A DNA stretch of 64,000 bases from contig CAZOUV010000003.1 in the NCBI GenBank assembly GCA_964583105.1, forward strand, positions 14,946 through 78,945. Reading direction: 5' to 3'. A program made the translations under genes and the position numbers. The first letter of the stretch is position 1. Each line of letters opens with the position of its first letter. The notes under the pieces were generated by a model. The model saw only the letters and a list, made by a program, of their open reading frames with translations. It had not been told where the DNA came from and did no database searches. Shown piece after piece: positions 44,239 to 54,376 of this stretch. Source of the DNA: an uncultured Gammaproteobacteria bacterium (lineage in GTDB: Bacteria; Patescibacteriota; Microgenomatia; UBA8517).

Positions 44239-45218
44239 AAAAAAGAGTATTTTCAGGTACAAGAGCAACCGGAAGGTTGCATTTGGGTAATTATCTTGGA
44301 GCCGTAAAAGGTTACCTTGAACTTCAGGATAATTCCAATTATGAAACCATTTATATGGTTATGGATTTGCATGCCATAACGACACCGTTTGACAAAGAAA
44401 AACTATCCAATAATACAAAAAACGTAATTATGGATTATCTGGCCTGTGGTCTTGATCCTGAAAAATCTATAATTACTGTTCAATCTTTGGTTCCGGAACA
44501 CACTTATTTGGCCCAAATTCTTTCCTCCGAAATAACGGTTGCCAGAATGCAGCACTTGCCTACATTTAAGGACAAGGTAAAACAATACCCCAAAAATGTT
44601 TCCATGGCCCTTCTTAATTATTCGGTTCTCATGGCTGCCGATATTCTTCTTTATAAGGCATCTTTGGTTCCCGTGGGGATTGATCAGGAACCGCATTTGG
44701 AAGTTGCCCGAGAAATTGCACGAAAAATGAACGAAAAATACGGTACGGATTTTCCTGAACCAACTAGGTTTTCAACAAAAGGAGAATATGTACCCTCATT
44801 GGTTGGAGAAGGCAAGATGAGTAAGGGCGTTGAGGGAAGCTATATAAACATTACCGATGACTTAGAAACCATCAAAAGTAGATTGGCACAGGCTCCAACC
44901 GATAGCGGGAAGGGAGATAAAATTCCCAAAGAAGGGGGAGTTGCAAACCTACTTACCTTTGTTGAGCTTTTTGAAGGAGAAGATAAAAGAAAGAAATATG
45001 AGAAAGATTATATTGGAAATGGTATTAGATACGGAGAATTAAAGGAAGAACTTGCGAAAGCCATATATAAAGAACTTAAGCCAATACAGGAAAAAAGAAA
45101 AGAATTTGAAAACAATCCTTTTTTAGTAGATGAAATAATTAAAGAAGGAGCCCAGAAAGCAAGTAGAATTGCTAAAGAAACCATTAAAGAAGTAAAAAAG
45201 AAAATTGGTCTTATTTAA
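44235..45218 (+). CDS. trpS: tryptophan--tRNA ligase
   Basis: 'GRLHLGNYLG' (HIGH) and 'KMSKG' (KMSKS); 327 aa. Confidence 0.95.
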   Translation: MKKRVFSGTRATGRLHLGNYLGAVKGYLELQDNSNYETIYMVMDLHAITTPFDKEKLSNNTKNVIMDYLACGLDPEKSIITVQSLVPEHTYLAQILSSEITVARMQHLPTFKDKVKQYPKNVSMALLNYSVLMAADILLYKASLVPVGIDQEPHLEVAREIARKMNEKYGTDFPEPTRFSTKGEYVPSLVGEGKMSKGVEGSYINITDDLETIKSRLAQAPTDSGKGDKIPKEGGVANLLTFVELFEGEDKRKKYEKDYIGNGIRYGELKEELAKAIYKELKPIQEKRKEFENNPFLVDEIIKEGAQKASRIAKETIKEVKKKIGLI

Positions 45219-45219
45219 T

Positions 45220-45573
45220 ATGGATACTATTTCATTTGACGATTTTCAAAAGGTTGATATAAGGGTTGGAACCGTTATTAAGGCGGAAGTTCCTTCTTGG
45301 AGCCATTGGGTGATGAAAATTACTGCCGATTTGGGTCCCGAAATTGGCGAAAAAGTTTGTTTTTCAGGAATAATGAAGTTTTTTAAGCCCGTTAGTTTTG
45401 TAGGTAAACAGTTTCCTTTTGTTGTTAATTTAGAGCCTAAAAAGATTGGACCGGAGAAGGATTTTTCTGAGGTTATGATGATTATGGCCTGCCCCGGAGG
45501 AGATGACAACGACATTGCTCCTGTTTTATTTAAACTTCAGAAAAAGGTTCCAAATGGAACAAAAGTCTTTTAG
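45220..45573 (+). CDS. tRNA-binding domain protein (CsaA/Trbp111-like OB fold)
   Basis: 'FDDFQKVDIRVGTVIKAE' and 'VVNLEPKKIGP'. ATG 45220 lies 1 nt after the trpS stop. Confidence 0.8.
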   Translation: MDTISFDDFQKVDIRVGTVIKAEVPSWSHWVMKITADLGPEIGEKVCFSGIMKFFKPVSFVGKQFPFVVNLEPKKIGPEKDFSEVMMIMACPGGDDNDIAPVLFKLQKKVPNGTKVF

Positions 45574-47448
45574 ATGCTACAATTCCTCCGTATGAAGAAA
45601 AAGAAAGAACTCTCAAAAAGAAAGGGGGTCCAGGTTAAGATTAGAATTAATTTAAGAAGTATTCTTTTAGGCATATTTTTGCTTTTATTTATTCTTCCTG
45701 CAATTTTTTCCTTTCTTGATTTAAAAGGTGGTAGTTCCAAGGTGGAACTTTCTCAGGCCCTTTTGGATTTGAAAGAAGGAAAAATAGAAAAAGTAACCAT
45801 TCAGGAAAACAAACTTCTTTTGGGTTACAAAGATGGAAATTTAAAATATACAACCAAGGAAGAAAGCGATAGTTTTGTGTCCCTTTTAGAAAAGGTGGAT
45901 ATGGATCCTACTAAAGTAAACTACACAATTGCAGACTCAACCTTGACAAAAGCTTTTGGCGGGGTTTTGGGGACACTTCTGCCTATTCTTTTAATGATAG
46001 GGGCCTTTTATTTTATTTTTAAGCTTCAGAGTCGAGGTGCCCAGGACATTTTCTCATTTGGAAGAAGCAAAGCAAAACTTTTTGCCAAAGGAAAACAGGA
46101 TATAACTTTTAAAGACGTTGCGGGAGTAGATGATGCCAAAAAGGAACTTGAGGAAGTTGTAGATTTTCTTAAAAACCCAGCAAAGTACAGAAAGATAGGA
46201 GCAAGAACACCCAAAGGGGTGCTTCTTTTTGGTCCATCCGGAGTTGGTAAAACACTTCTTGCAAAGGCGGTTGCTGGAGAGGCCAATGTGCCGTTTTTTA
46301 GTATGGCAGGCTCTGAATTTATGGAAATGCTCGTAGGTGTGGGCGCTAGCAGAGTTCGTGATTTATTCCAAAATGCCAAAGCTTCTGCTCCATCCATTAT
46401 TTTTATAGACGAAATAGATGCAATAGGAAGGCAGCGTGGAAGAGGGCTTATGGGGGGGCACGACGAAAGAGAACAAACCTTAAATCAAATACTTGTTGAG
46501 ATGGACGGTTTTACCCCCAATGACAATGTTTTGGTAATGGCAGCAACCAACAGGGGAGATTTATTGGATCCAGCACTTCTTCGACCAGGAAGATTTGATA
46601 GAAGAGTTACTTTGGATATGCCGGACAAAGAAGGAAGACTGGCAATTCTTACGATTCACGCCAAAGGAAAGAAATTTACAAAAGGAATTAATTGGCTAAA
46701 GATTGCAGACAGAACCGTAGGTTTTTCAGGAGCAGATCTTGAAAACATGCTTAATGAAGCTGCAATTACGGCAGCAAGAAACGGCAAGGATGCAATTGAT
46801 ATGCTTGATCTGGAGGAATCTGCCACAAAGGTAAAATTAGGCCCCGCTAAGAAAAAGATTCAAACCCAAGAGGATAGAAACTTGACAGCATATCATGAAG
46901 CGGGACATGCTCTTGTTTCCCATAAACTTACTAAAACAGATCCCGTGCAAAGAATTTCCATTGTTGCCCGGGGAATGAGCTTGGGACATACGGAAATTTC
47001 TCCAGAAACGGGTGATAGAACTCACGAAACTAAAACAAGACTTACTCAGGCCATAACAGCAATGCTTGGAGGCAGGGCTGCAGAACAGATAGTATTCAAT
47101 GAACTTACCGCTGGAGCTTCTAATGACATAAAAGTTGCTACAAAATATGCAAAGGCAATGGTGGTTGATTTTGGAATGAGCCCCTTGGGACCGGTTAATT
47201 TGGGAGGAAACAGTGAAATGGGTGACTTTGGCAATTTGGAGTGGTACGAGGGCTCACAGATCTCCCCAGCCTTTGCTGAGAAGGTAGACAACGAAATATC
47301 AAAGATATTAGACAAATCCTATAAAGAAGCAGAAACGATTATTAAAAAGAACAGAAAGACTTTGGATGCAATTGTTAAAAAACTAATGGAGAAAGAAACA
47401 TTAGATAAAGATGAATTTGAGAAGATAGTTGGGAAGAAAATAGTATAA
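45574..47448 (+). CDS. ftsH: ATP-dependent zinc metalloprotease FtsH
   Basis: '[18 protein letters not shown]', 'IIFIDEIDA' and 'HEAGHAL'. Confidence 0.95.
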   Translation: MLQFLRMKKKKELSKRKGVQVKIRINLRSILLGIFLLLFILPAIFSFLDLKGGSSKVELSQALLDLKEGKIEKVTIQENKLLLGYKDGNLKYTTKEESDSFVSLLEKVDMDPTKVNYTIADSTLTKAFGGVLGTLLPILLMIGAFYFIFKLQSRGAQDIFSFGRSKAKLFAKGKQDITFKDVAGVDDAKKELEEVVDFLKNPAKYRKIGARTPKGVLLFGPSGVGKTLLAKAVAGEANVPFFSMAGSEFMEMLVGVGASRVRDLFQNAKASAPSIIFIDEIDAIGRQRGRGLMGGHDEREQTLNQILVEMDGFTPNDNVLVMAATNRGDLLDPALLRPGRFDRRVTLDMPDKEGRLAILTIHAKGKKFTKGINWLKIADRTVGFSGADLENMLNEAAITAARNGKDAIDMLDLEESATKVKLGPAKKKIQTQEDRNLTAYHEAGHALVSHKLTKTDPVQRISIVARGMSLGHTEISPETGDRTHETKTRLTQAITAMLGGRAAEQIVFNELTAGASNDIKVATKYAKAMVVDFGMSPLGPVNLGGNSEMGDFGNLEWYEGSQISPAFAEKVDNEISKILDKSYKEAETIIKKNRKTLDAIVKKLMEKETLDKDEFEKIVGKKIV

Positions 47449-47459
47449 TCGAGAAAATT

Positions 47460-47678
47460 ATGGTGGAATCTGAACTTAAACCAAAACAAAAAAGGAGTGA
47501 AGAAGGTAAAAAAAATGAGAAAGCACCTGTTGATTTAACTAATCTTCGTGCAGAAGTCAGAAAAGTTATTGATTTCATTAATCCAAATCCTCTATCACAA
47601 GGATGCTGTGAACCAGTTGGTTATTCACAATATGGGTCAGTGATAGACGAAGACGGCCACGATCCAGATAATGATTGA
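47460..47678 (+). CDS. hypothetical small acidic/basic protein
   Basis: 72-aa ORF with no recognised homology. Confidence 0.3.
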   Translation: MVESELKPKQKRSEEGKKNEKAPVDLTNLRAEVRKVIDFINPNPLSQGCCEPVGYSQYGSVIDEDGHDPDND

Positions 47679-47717
47679 TTTTGTGCTTCGCTGAATTTAA
47701 GTTAAAATAACCTCATA

Positions 47718-48611
47718 ATGAGCAAGCTTGTATTAATTGATGCCTTTGCAATTCTTCACAGAGCCTTCCATGCAATTCCTCCCTTAACCAATAAAAAAGG
47801 AGAGCCTACTAATGCCATATACGGCTTTGTTTCTATGATTTTAAGAGTGATTACGGATTTAAAGCCCGATTCTTTAGCTGTTTGTTTTGATGTTAAAGTT
47901 CCCACATTCAGACATAAAGAATTTAAAAAATATCAATCCCAAAGGCCTCCAATGGCAGATGAACTTACTGGTCAAATTCAAAAAGCAAAAGATTTTTTGA
48001 TAGCTGCAAATATCCCCATTTACCTTAAAGAAGGTTATGAAGCGGATGATCTCTTGGGAACTATTGCGAAAAAGGCAAAGGTAGACGAAGTAGTTATTGC
48101 AACAGGGGATAAAGATATACTTCAGCTTGTTGACGAAAAAATAAAAATCTATATGCCGATTGTGGGACTTTCTTCTGCCAAGCTTTTCGGAAGGGAAGAG
48201 GCCAAAGAAAGAATGGGGGTAGACCCCATACAGATTCCCGACTATAAAGCTTTAGTTGGAGACCCTTCCGATAACTATCCGGGAGTAGCAGGAATTGGTC
48301 CTAAGACAGCGATAGGACTTTTAGAGAAGTATTTAAATATTGATAAAATATATGCACATTTAAAGGATATAGAACCGAAATTAAGGGAAAAACTTGAAAG
48401 GGGTAAAAAGGATGTTATTCTCTTTCATAGGCTTGCAACTATAGTTAAAGATGTTGATATTAAAATAGACTTTGAGGAAATGAAGAAGTGGAATATTAAG
48501 TCTTCCAATGTATTAAAATTGTTTGAGGAGTTTGGTTTTAAAACTTTAACCAAAAGAATTAAGGAAGTAGGAGAAAAAATAGATCAGGAGAAACAAGGAA
48601 GTTTATTTTAA
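47718..48611 (+). CDS. 5'-3' exonuclease (Pol I N-terminal/FEN-like)
   Basis: 'LIDAFAILHRAFHA', 'GYEADDLLGT', 'TGDKDILQL' and 'GVAGIGPKTA'. Confidence 0.85.
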   Translation: MSKLVLIDAFAILHRAFHAIPPLTNKKGEPTNAIYGFVSMILRVITDLKPDSLAVCFDVKVPTFRHKEFKKYQSQRPPMADELTGQIQKAKDFLIAANIPIYLKEGYEADDLLGTIAKKAKVDEVVIATGDKDILQLVDEKIKIYMPIVGLSSAKLFGREEAKERMGVDPIQIPDYKALVGDPSDNYPGVAGIGPKTAIGLLEKYLNIDKIYAHLKDIEPKLREKLERGKKDVILFHRLATIVKDVDIKIDFEEMKKWNIKSSNVLKLFEEFGFKTLTKRIKEVGEKIDQEKQGSLF

Positions 48612-48615
48612 ATAT

Positions 48616-49728
48616 ATGAAAATTGCTTTAGTTCATGATTATATAAAAGAGTTTGGGGGAGCAGAGAGGGTATTAAAAACCCTCTCCGAAATGTATCCCG
48701 ATGCTCCTATTTACACTGCATTTTGTCTAAAAGGATCCACCGCAGAAAAGGAGTTTAGAGGAAAGAAAATAATCGAAAGCAAGTTCGCTCCGATATTAAA
48801 AATCTGGAAATTATATTCTCCTTTAAGGTTTTTGATTCCTCAGATTTGGGGAAGTTTTGATTTAAGTAAGTATGACTTAGTAGTTACTTCCTCAAGTTGG
48901 TATGTTACAAGGGGTTTTAAGGTAGGGAAAAATACAAAGGTAATAGATTATTGCCACACACCCCCAAGATGGCTTTACGGATATGAAACCTCCATCGGAT
49001 TTACAAAGTACTGGCCGGTAAAGGTTTATGCCGCAATTGTTGGACATTTTATAAGAATGTTTGATTTTAAAACAGCCCAAGAAGTTAACTATTTTATAGC
49101 CAATTCAAAAAACGTTGCCGAAAGAATCAAGAAATTTTACAGGAGGGATTCAACCGTAATTTATCCTCCCTGCGATGTAGAAAAAATAATCAATTTAACC
49201 AAGGGTGTCAAAAAAGAAGATTTCTATCTTTTTGCAGGAAGAATAACGGGCGCAAAAGGAATCGAGGAAGTAATAAAGGTTTCCCAAAAAATAGGTTTTA
49301 AGGTAAAGATTGCAGGTGAAGCTTCTGGCTACTCAAAAATATTTAAGGAAAATAAAAACAAAGTTGAATTTCTGGGAAGGCTTAGTGATGAAGAACTATT
49401 TGAAACCTATGCCAAGGCAAAAGCATTTTTCGCATTGGCCCGTGATGAAGATTTCGGAATGACAGTAATTGAAGCACAAGCTGCGGGAACTCCTGTTATT
49501 GCATTTAATGGTGGAGGTTTTAAGGAAACGGTGACTAATGGGCTAACGGGTGTATTTGTAGATGAAACGAACGAAGAAGAATTAAGGAAGGCGATGGAAA
49601 GGATATCTAAAACGAAATGGAATAAGGAAAAATTAATACAAAACGCAAAAAGATTTTCCAAAGAGAACTTTATCAAAAAGATGACAAATTTTGTTAGTTC
49701 TTCTTATTATATAGCCAAGACACCTTAA
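48616..49728 (+). CDS. glycosyltransferase family 4 (GT-B)
   Basis: 'EDFGMTVIEAQAAGTPVIA' (EX7E region). Confidence 0.8.
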   Translation: MKIALVHDYIKEFGGAERVLKTLSEMYPDAPIYTAFCLKGSTAEKEFRGKKIIESKFAPILKIWKLYSPLRFLIPQIWGSFDLSKYDLVVTSSSWYVTRGFKVGKNTKVIDYCHTPPRWLYGYETSIGFTKYWPVKVYAAIVGHFIRMFDFKTAQEVNYFIANSKNVAERIKKFYRRDSTVIYPPCDVEKIINLTKGVKKEDFYLFAGRITGAKGIEEVIKVSQKIGFKVKIAGEASGYSKIFKENKNKVEFLGRLSDEELFETYAKAKAFFALARDEDFGMTVIEAQAAGTPVIAFNGGGFKETVTNGLTGVFVDETNEEELRKAMERISKTKWNKEKLIQNAKRFSKENFIKKMTNFVSSSYYIAKTP

Positions 49729-49778
49729 AAATCACAGTTACCCTTCATATTTTAAAAAAATGGGTTATGAGGAGAAAT

Positions 49779-50288
49779 TTATTTATGAGTAATTGTTCTT
49801 TGACCAAATATCCACAACCAATTTTTAATATGATCCAGTTGTTTAATATCATCCAACAGATCGAATATTAAATGAGTTAAGATACCTCCCGAAGAAAGAA
49901 GCAGAAAACGGTTTTGCGTAGAAGTTGAGTAAATAAAAACGATGACGGTTAAAGTTAACCCTGCCAGATTATGAAAGATCAAACGGTTAAATTTTTTGTG
50001 ATGTATTGTGGCAAGCTCTGCGGCCTCTTTATATTTTCCTTCTTTAATTGTTTTAAAAATGAGTTTAGCTTCCGGAATACCTTTGCATGTTGTGGAGAGT
50101 GATACTAACGAGTCAAGATCAACCAAGTATGTTCCAAAAATGAATATCAAAACATTCTTTAAAAGAAGGGGGATATTAAATACAAGACTTAAAAAAAAGA
50201 ATCCCAATATTGCTATGAAGAAATGTTGGCTATAATGCCTCAAAGCCTTGTCTTTGGCAAAGTATTTGGTGTATAAAGTAGTAAACAT
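49779..50288 (-). CDS. hypothetical His-rich membrane protein (YdjM/DUF457-like?)
   Basis: 169 aa with 4-5 TMs and conserved-looking His residues ('IHHKKF', 'FHNLAG', 'THLIFDLLDD'). Confidence 0.4.
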   Translation of the reverse strand: MFTTLYTKYFAKDKALRHYSQHFFIAILGFFFLSLVFNIPLLLKNVLIFIFGTYLVDLDSLVSLSTTCKGIPEAKLIFKTIKEGKYKEAAELATIHHKKFNRLIFHNLAGLTLTVIVFIYSTSTQNRFLLLSSGGILTHLIFDLLDDIKQLDHIKNWLWIFGQRTITHK

Positions 50289-51042
50289 GTCCGTAACCAG
50301 TTCAATTATAGATTCTAAGGATGATCTTGTAAAACCGAGTAAAAAGAGTTATTGGGGTTATGATTTGTCGGTTGAGATTGTTGACAGCAATAAAATATCC
50401 CAAAAAGTCAGACTCCTACCATCCGAAGAAAGGGCCGTCGCTCACGAACTTTCCGGAAAAGAACCTGTAGAGGAGGTAATTATTCTTAAAAACATCAAAA
50501 AGTCCTTAGGAAGGCTTACCACAAACCAAATAAAAGAAATCTTGGATGATATGGGTTTTAATGTGGACCCCACATTTTCGGGTAAACATTTTGCCGATTT
50601 CGAAGCGGTTATGAACATAGGCGGATATTCCGTTCCCGGGTGGGTAAAGTTTGCAAGAGCGGTTGCCAAAATTTTTCCTTCACAGGAGAAGGATTTACTT
50701 TTAAAACTTGCACCAGGTAAGGACAGACTTCATTTAAGAGTTTTTGAAATGAACGATGGAAGTTGGATGATAATTTCCCACACCGATTTTAATTGGATTA
50801 ATTTGAACATACCTAGAATATATAAAGCTCATATAAATTCCGGAGGACCGGTGGGGAGTGGAGATTATATAACAGGAACCATCATGCTCTTTGTACTTTT
50901 TAAAAAATTTGTGGAGTTTCTTAAAAGAGATAAAAACCTTCCCTATGCCGAAATAGAAATGCTCACCAGATGGGCATATAACCGAAGCCTTTCTCAAAAA
51001 CTGGGAAGAATTTTAAACATTTCTCCTGCCCTAAGTCTATAA
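50287..51042 (+). CDS. hypothetical protein
   Basis: ORF with no recognised motif. The start is uncertain (50248 or 50287). Confidence 0.45.
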   Translation: MSVTSSIIDSKDDLVKPSKKSYWGYDLSVEIVDSNKISQKVRLLPSEERAVAHELSGKEPVEEVIILKNIKKSLGRLTTNQIKEILDDMGFNVDPTFSGKHFADFEAVMNIGGYSVPGWVKFARAVAKIFPSQEKDLLLKLAPGKDRLHLRVFEMNDGSWMIISHTDFNWINLNIPRIYKAHINSGGPVGSGDYITGTIMLFVLFKKFVEFLKRDKNLPYAEIEMLTRWAYNRSLSQKLGRILNISPALSL

Positions 51043-51049
51043 TATTTGT

Positions 51050-51892
51050 ATGCCTGAACTTCCAGAGGTAGAAACAATAAAACTACAGCTTGAAAAATAC
51101 CTTAAAGGAAAGAAAATTATATCGGTTGATGTAAAAAACAGAAAACTATTTCGGGGGGATGAAAGTAATTTAGTTGGTGGAGAGGTTTCCACTGTTAGGA
51201 GATTTGGAAAGGTTACTTCAATTGATTTATCAAACGGTTATTCGATTCTTACACATGTTAAATTAACAGGACAATATATTTATCGTGGCCCTGAACTTAA
51301 AAACACAATTCTTTCTAAAAAAGTTATCGGCGGTATTCCGGGATTCCACACGCATGTAATTTTTAAATTTAATAAAGGCGTTCTTTACTATAATGACGTC
51401 AGACGTTTCGGTTGGGTAAGGGTAGTCAAAACACTTGATGTGGAGACAGAGCCTTTTATTAAAAAACTCGGTCCGGAACCCTTTAAGGATTTAACTCTTG
51501 ATATGTTTTCCGAAATTCTTTCCAAAACAGGACGTGCCATAAAACTTGTTCTGATGGATCAGGAAAAAATCGGGGGGGTGGGCAATATCTATGCCAATGA
51601 TGCCCTTTGGTTTGCAAAGATTAATCCTAAAAGGAAATCAAATACATTGAATCAGAAAGAAAAAGGAGACCTTTATGATGCAATACTTGAAGTTTTAAAA
51701 AACGGGCTTAAATATGGAGGAGCCAGTGAACTTGCCTTTGTTACTCCTGACGGAAAAGAAGGGGAATATCAAAAACATACGCTTGCATATGGAAACGAAG
51801 GAAGTCTGTGTCAAAGGTGTAAAAAGGAAAAAATAGAGAAATTCTTTTTGTCGGCTAGGGGAACTTACTTTTGTCCCTCGTGTCAAAAATAG
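51050..51892 (+). CDS. mutM: formamidopyrimidine-DNA glycosylase
   Basis: 'MPELPEVE' and a C-terminal zinc finger 'CQRCKK..YFCPSCQ'. Confidence 0.9.
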   Translation: MPELPEVETIKLQLEKYLKGKKIISVDVKNRKLFRGDESNLVGGEVSTVRRFGKVTSIDLSNGYSILTHVKLTGQYIYRGPELKNTILSKKVIGGIPGFHTHVIFKFNKGVLYYNDVRRFGWVRVVKTLDVETEPFIKKLGPEPFKDLTLDMFSEILSKTGRAIKLVLMDQEKIGGVGNIYANDALWFAKINPKRKSNTLNQKEKGDLYDAILEVLKNGLKYGGASELAFVTPDGKEGEYQKHTLAYGNEGSLCQRCKKEKIEKFFLSARGTYFCPSCQK

Positions 51893-53000
51893 TATATTTC
51901 TTAAATGTGGTGTATAAATCAAGAAGTTTTTGAGCTGTTGCCTTAGCTGAAAAACTTAAAGAATATTCATAAGTTTTTTGTGAAAGGTTGTAATAGTATT
52001 CCCTGTTTTTTAACATTTCACTTATTTTTTCGGCGATTTCTCTTGAATTCTTTTCGCAAATAAATCCCGATTTATTATCAATTACTATTTCCTCAAGACC
52101 TGAATTTTTTAAGGCTAAGGTTGGAATTCCCGATGCCATAGCTTCCAGAATGGAAAGCGGCATGACTTCGGAAAGTGAAGGTGTCACAAAAAGATGAACC
52201 GATTTGTATATTTCCGGAATAAGCTTCCTGTCGACGGTTCCCGTAAAAGTTATATTTTCTTCAAGACCCATTTTTAAAGTTTGATCCTGCATTTTTTGAA
52301 AGAGAAGTCCTGAACCCAAAATCCAGAATTTAAAATTCGGAGTTGTCTTTTTAAGATCTCTGGCAATTTTAATAAGTTCAAAAGGATTCTTTTCTCTTTC
52401 AAGCCTTCCCGTAAAAGCTAGAGTCGGGGGATTAAGAGGTTTTTCTTTAGGTTTAGCAAAAAAGTAATCTTCAACACCGTTATTTATGACAATAGTGTTT
52501 TTAATTCCGTGTTTAAGTAATCTTTTTTCGGTATTAACGGAAGGACAAATTACTCTCTTTGATTTTTGAGACATCTTAATAAGATCTTTAATTAACATCT
52601 TTGAAGTTAGGTCATAACCTCTGGGGAAATAGTAATTAAGATATTGTTCGTATTGGGTATGGGCGGTAAAAAAAAGAGGTTTATCCAGTTTTTCTGCCAT
52701 CTGCGAAGCTGCTTGCCCGATTACCAAAGGGTGATGTGTATGAATAACGTCTATTTTTAATCTTTTTAATTTTCTTAAGGATAAAAAGGGAATTCCAACA
52801 GGGTAGTTTTTGATGAATGGATTGGGCAAAGACGGATAACGGATTACGTCTTTATCTAAATCTCGATATCCAGGAAAAGACGGGGCAAGAATATATACCT
52901 TGTGACCCATTTTTCTTAAAGCCTGAGCCGTCGACGAAATATGAAAGGTTACGCCGTTTGCGGTTGGTAGATAAGACGCTGTAACAAACAAAATACGCAT
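51855..53000 (-). CDS. glycosyltransferase family 4 (GT-B)
   Basis: 'MRILFVTASYLPTANGV' and 'SEVMPLSILEAMASGIPTLA'. Confidence 0.8.
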   Translation of the reverse strand: MRILFVTASYLPTANGVTFHISSTAQALRKMGHKVYILAPSFPGYRDLDKDVIRYPSLPNPFIKNYPVGIPFLSLRKLKRLKIDVIHTHHPLVIGQAASQMAEKLDKPLFFTAHTQYEQYLNYYFPRGYDLTSKMLIKDLIKMSQKSKRVICPSVNTEKRLLKHGIKNTIVINNGVEDYFFAKPKEKPLNPPTLAFTGRLEREKNPFELIKIARDLKKTTPNFKFWILGSGLLFQKMQDQTLKMGLEENITFTGTVDRKLIPEIYKSVHLFVTPSLSEVMPLSILEAMASGIPTLALKNSGLEEIVIDNKSGFICEKNSREIAEKISEMLKNREYYYNLSQKTYEYSLSFSAKATAQKLLDLYTTFKKYTIFDTRDKSKFP

Positions 53001-53023
53001 AAGGTGTATTATACTTCTTAAGT

Positions 53024-54079
53024 ATGATTAAAAGCATAAATTTGGTCAATTTTAGAAATTTTAAGAAAAAATCAATTGATTTTTCCAATGAGTTGACTGT
53101 TATTGTTGGTCCTAATGCCAGCGGTAAAACAAATATTTTGGAATCTCTATTTCTTCTTTCGTCAGGTAAAAGTTTTAAGGCACAAATTGAAGAGGAGGTG
53201 GTTAATTATTCCGCAGATATAGCAAGAGTAAAAGGGAAAACCGAAAAGGAAATATTGGAATCTGTTGTAACCAGAGGTTTTTTGGATCCGGGAAACGGAA
53301 ATCCCGAGAAAATTGCCAGAAAGAAACTGTTGGTTTCGGGAGTTCCCAAACGTTTAATTGATTTTGCTGGAAATTTCAAAGTTGTTCTATTCGGCCCCTG
53401 GGATTTGGATTTGGTTACCGAAAGCCCTTCCTTAAGAAGAAAATTTTTGGATATGGTTTTGTCTCAAGTGGATAGAGAGTATAGAAGAGCCATTCTTTCC
53501 TACGAAAAGGGCTTAAGACAGAGAAACAGACTTCTTTTTAGGATTAGAGAAGAAGGACTTTCCAGAAGCCAGCTATTATTCTGGAATCAACTTTTAATCA
53601 AAAATGGAGACTACATATCAGAAAAAAGAGAAGGCTTAATTAGTTTTATCAATTCCGAAAAGGATTTAAACAACACCAAGTTTGAAATATCTTACGATAA
53701 AAGTTCAATATCAGAAGGAAGATTAAATGAATATGCGGAAGAAGAAATTGCTGCGGCGACAACTTTAGTAGGGCCCCATAGAGATGATTTTTCTTTTAGG
53801 ATTCAAACAAATAAAAAAGAAACAAGAGACCTTGCAACTTACGGGTCACGCGGAGAGCAGAGAATGGGGATTCTCTGGTTAAAATTGAGAGAACTGGCAT
53901 ATGTTGAAGAAAAAACAAACGAAAAACCAACTCTTCTTTTAGACGATATTTTCTCAGAACTTGACCACCAGCACCGCGAAGTAGTACTATCGTTAGTAGA
54001 TAACCAACAAACCATAATAACAACAGCCGATGAACATTTTATCAAGGGTTTTGGAAAGAAAAATGTTATAAAATTATGA
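53024..54079 (+). CDS. recF: DNA replication and repair protein RecF
   Basis: 'NFRNF..VIVGPNASGKTNILE', 'GSRGEQR' and 'LLLDDIFSELD'. Confidence 0.9.
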   Translation: MIKSINLVNFRNFKKKSIDFSNELTVIVGPNASGKTNILESLFLLSSGKSFKAQIEEEVVNYSADIARVKGKTEKEILESVVTRGFLDPGNGNPEKIARKKLLVSGVPKRLIDFAGNFKVVLFGPWDLDLVTESPSLRRKFLDMVLSQVDREYRRAILSYEKGLRQRNRLLFRIREEGLSRSQLLFWNQLLIKNGDYISEKREGLISFINSEKDLNNTKFEISYDKSSISEGRLNEYAEEEIAAATTLVGPHRDDFSFRIQTNKKETRDLATYGSRGEQRMGILWLKLRELAYVEEKTNEKPTLLLDDIFSELDHQHREVVLSLVDNQQTIITTADEHFIKGFGKKNVIKL

Positions 54080-54336
54080 TGTCAGGAGAAAGACCTCTTT
54101 ATAAAAGAAATTGGTGGAATGGTAAAAAGATAAGGATTGGGTCTTATGGAAGTGGACATAATGATCCAATAGACGAAAATCCTCCACCCGGTTTAAGTAA
54201 GGATCAACTTACTACCCAGCCTCCACGCACATTGGCTGGCGTAACTTCAGAACAACTGGAACGTTCGGTGCAAAAAGGGGGTCCTTCTACTTCAGCAGCC
54301 CACATAGAGGAAGCTCTAGAGAAAAAAGAGGACTGA
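54076..54336 (+). CDS. hypothetical small protein
   Basis: 86-aa ORF with an ATGA overlap with recF. No homology recognised. Confidence 0.35.
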   Translation: MMSGERPLYKRNWWNGKKIRIGSYGSGHNDPIDENPPPGLSKDQLTTQPPRTLAGVTSEQLERSVQKGGPSTSAAHIEEALEKKED

Positions 54337-54376
54337 TCTATTGTATTTCCCGCATTATTTGCGGTATATTTAAAGC

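Noticed and set aside
6430-47315. Numerous 60-145-aa antisense or out-of-frame track ORFs nested in long conserved genes (for example 7300..7656, 17010..17450, 22280..22660, 22936..23373, 46026..46397).
   Set aside because: Each lies entirely within a confidently identified gene on the other strand or frame, and has biased composition without motifs. I treat them as shadow ORFs.
50286-50289. Divergent genes whose start codons overlap in a CATG palindrome.
   Set aside because: This is most likely a start-codon assignment ambiguity. The plus gene could start elsewhere and the minus gene has no supporting upstream signal. It is not enough to claim a special arrangement.
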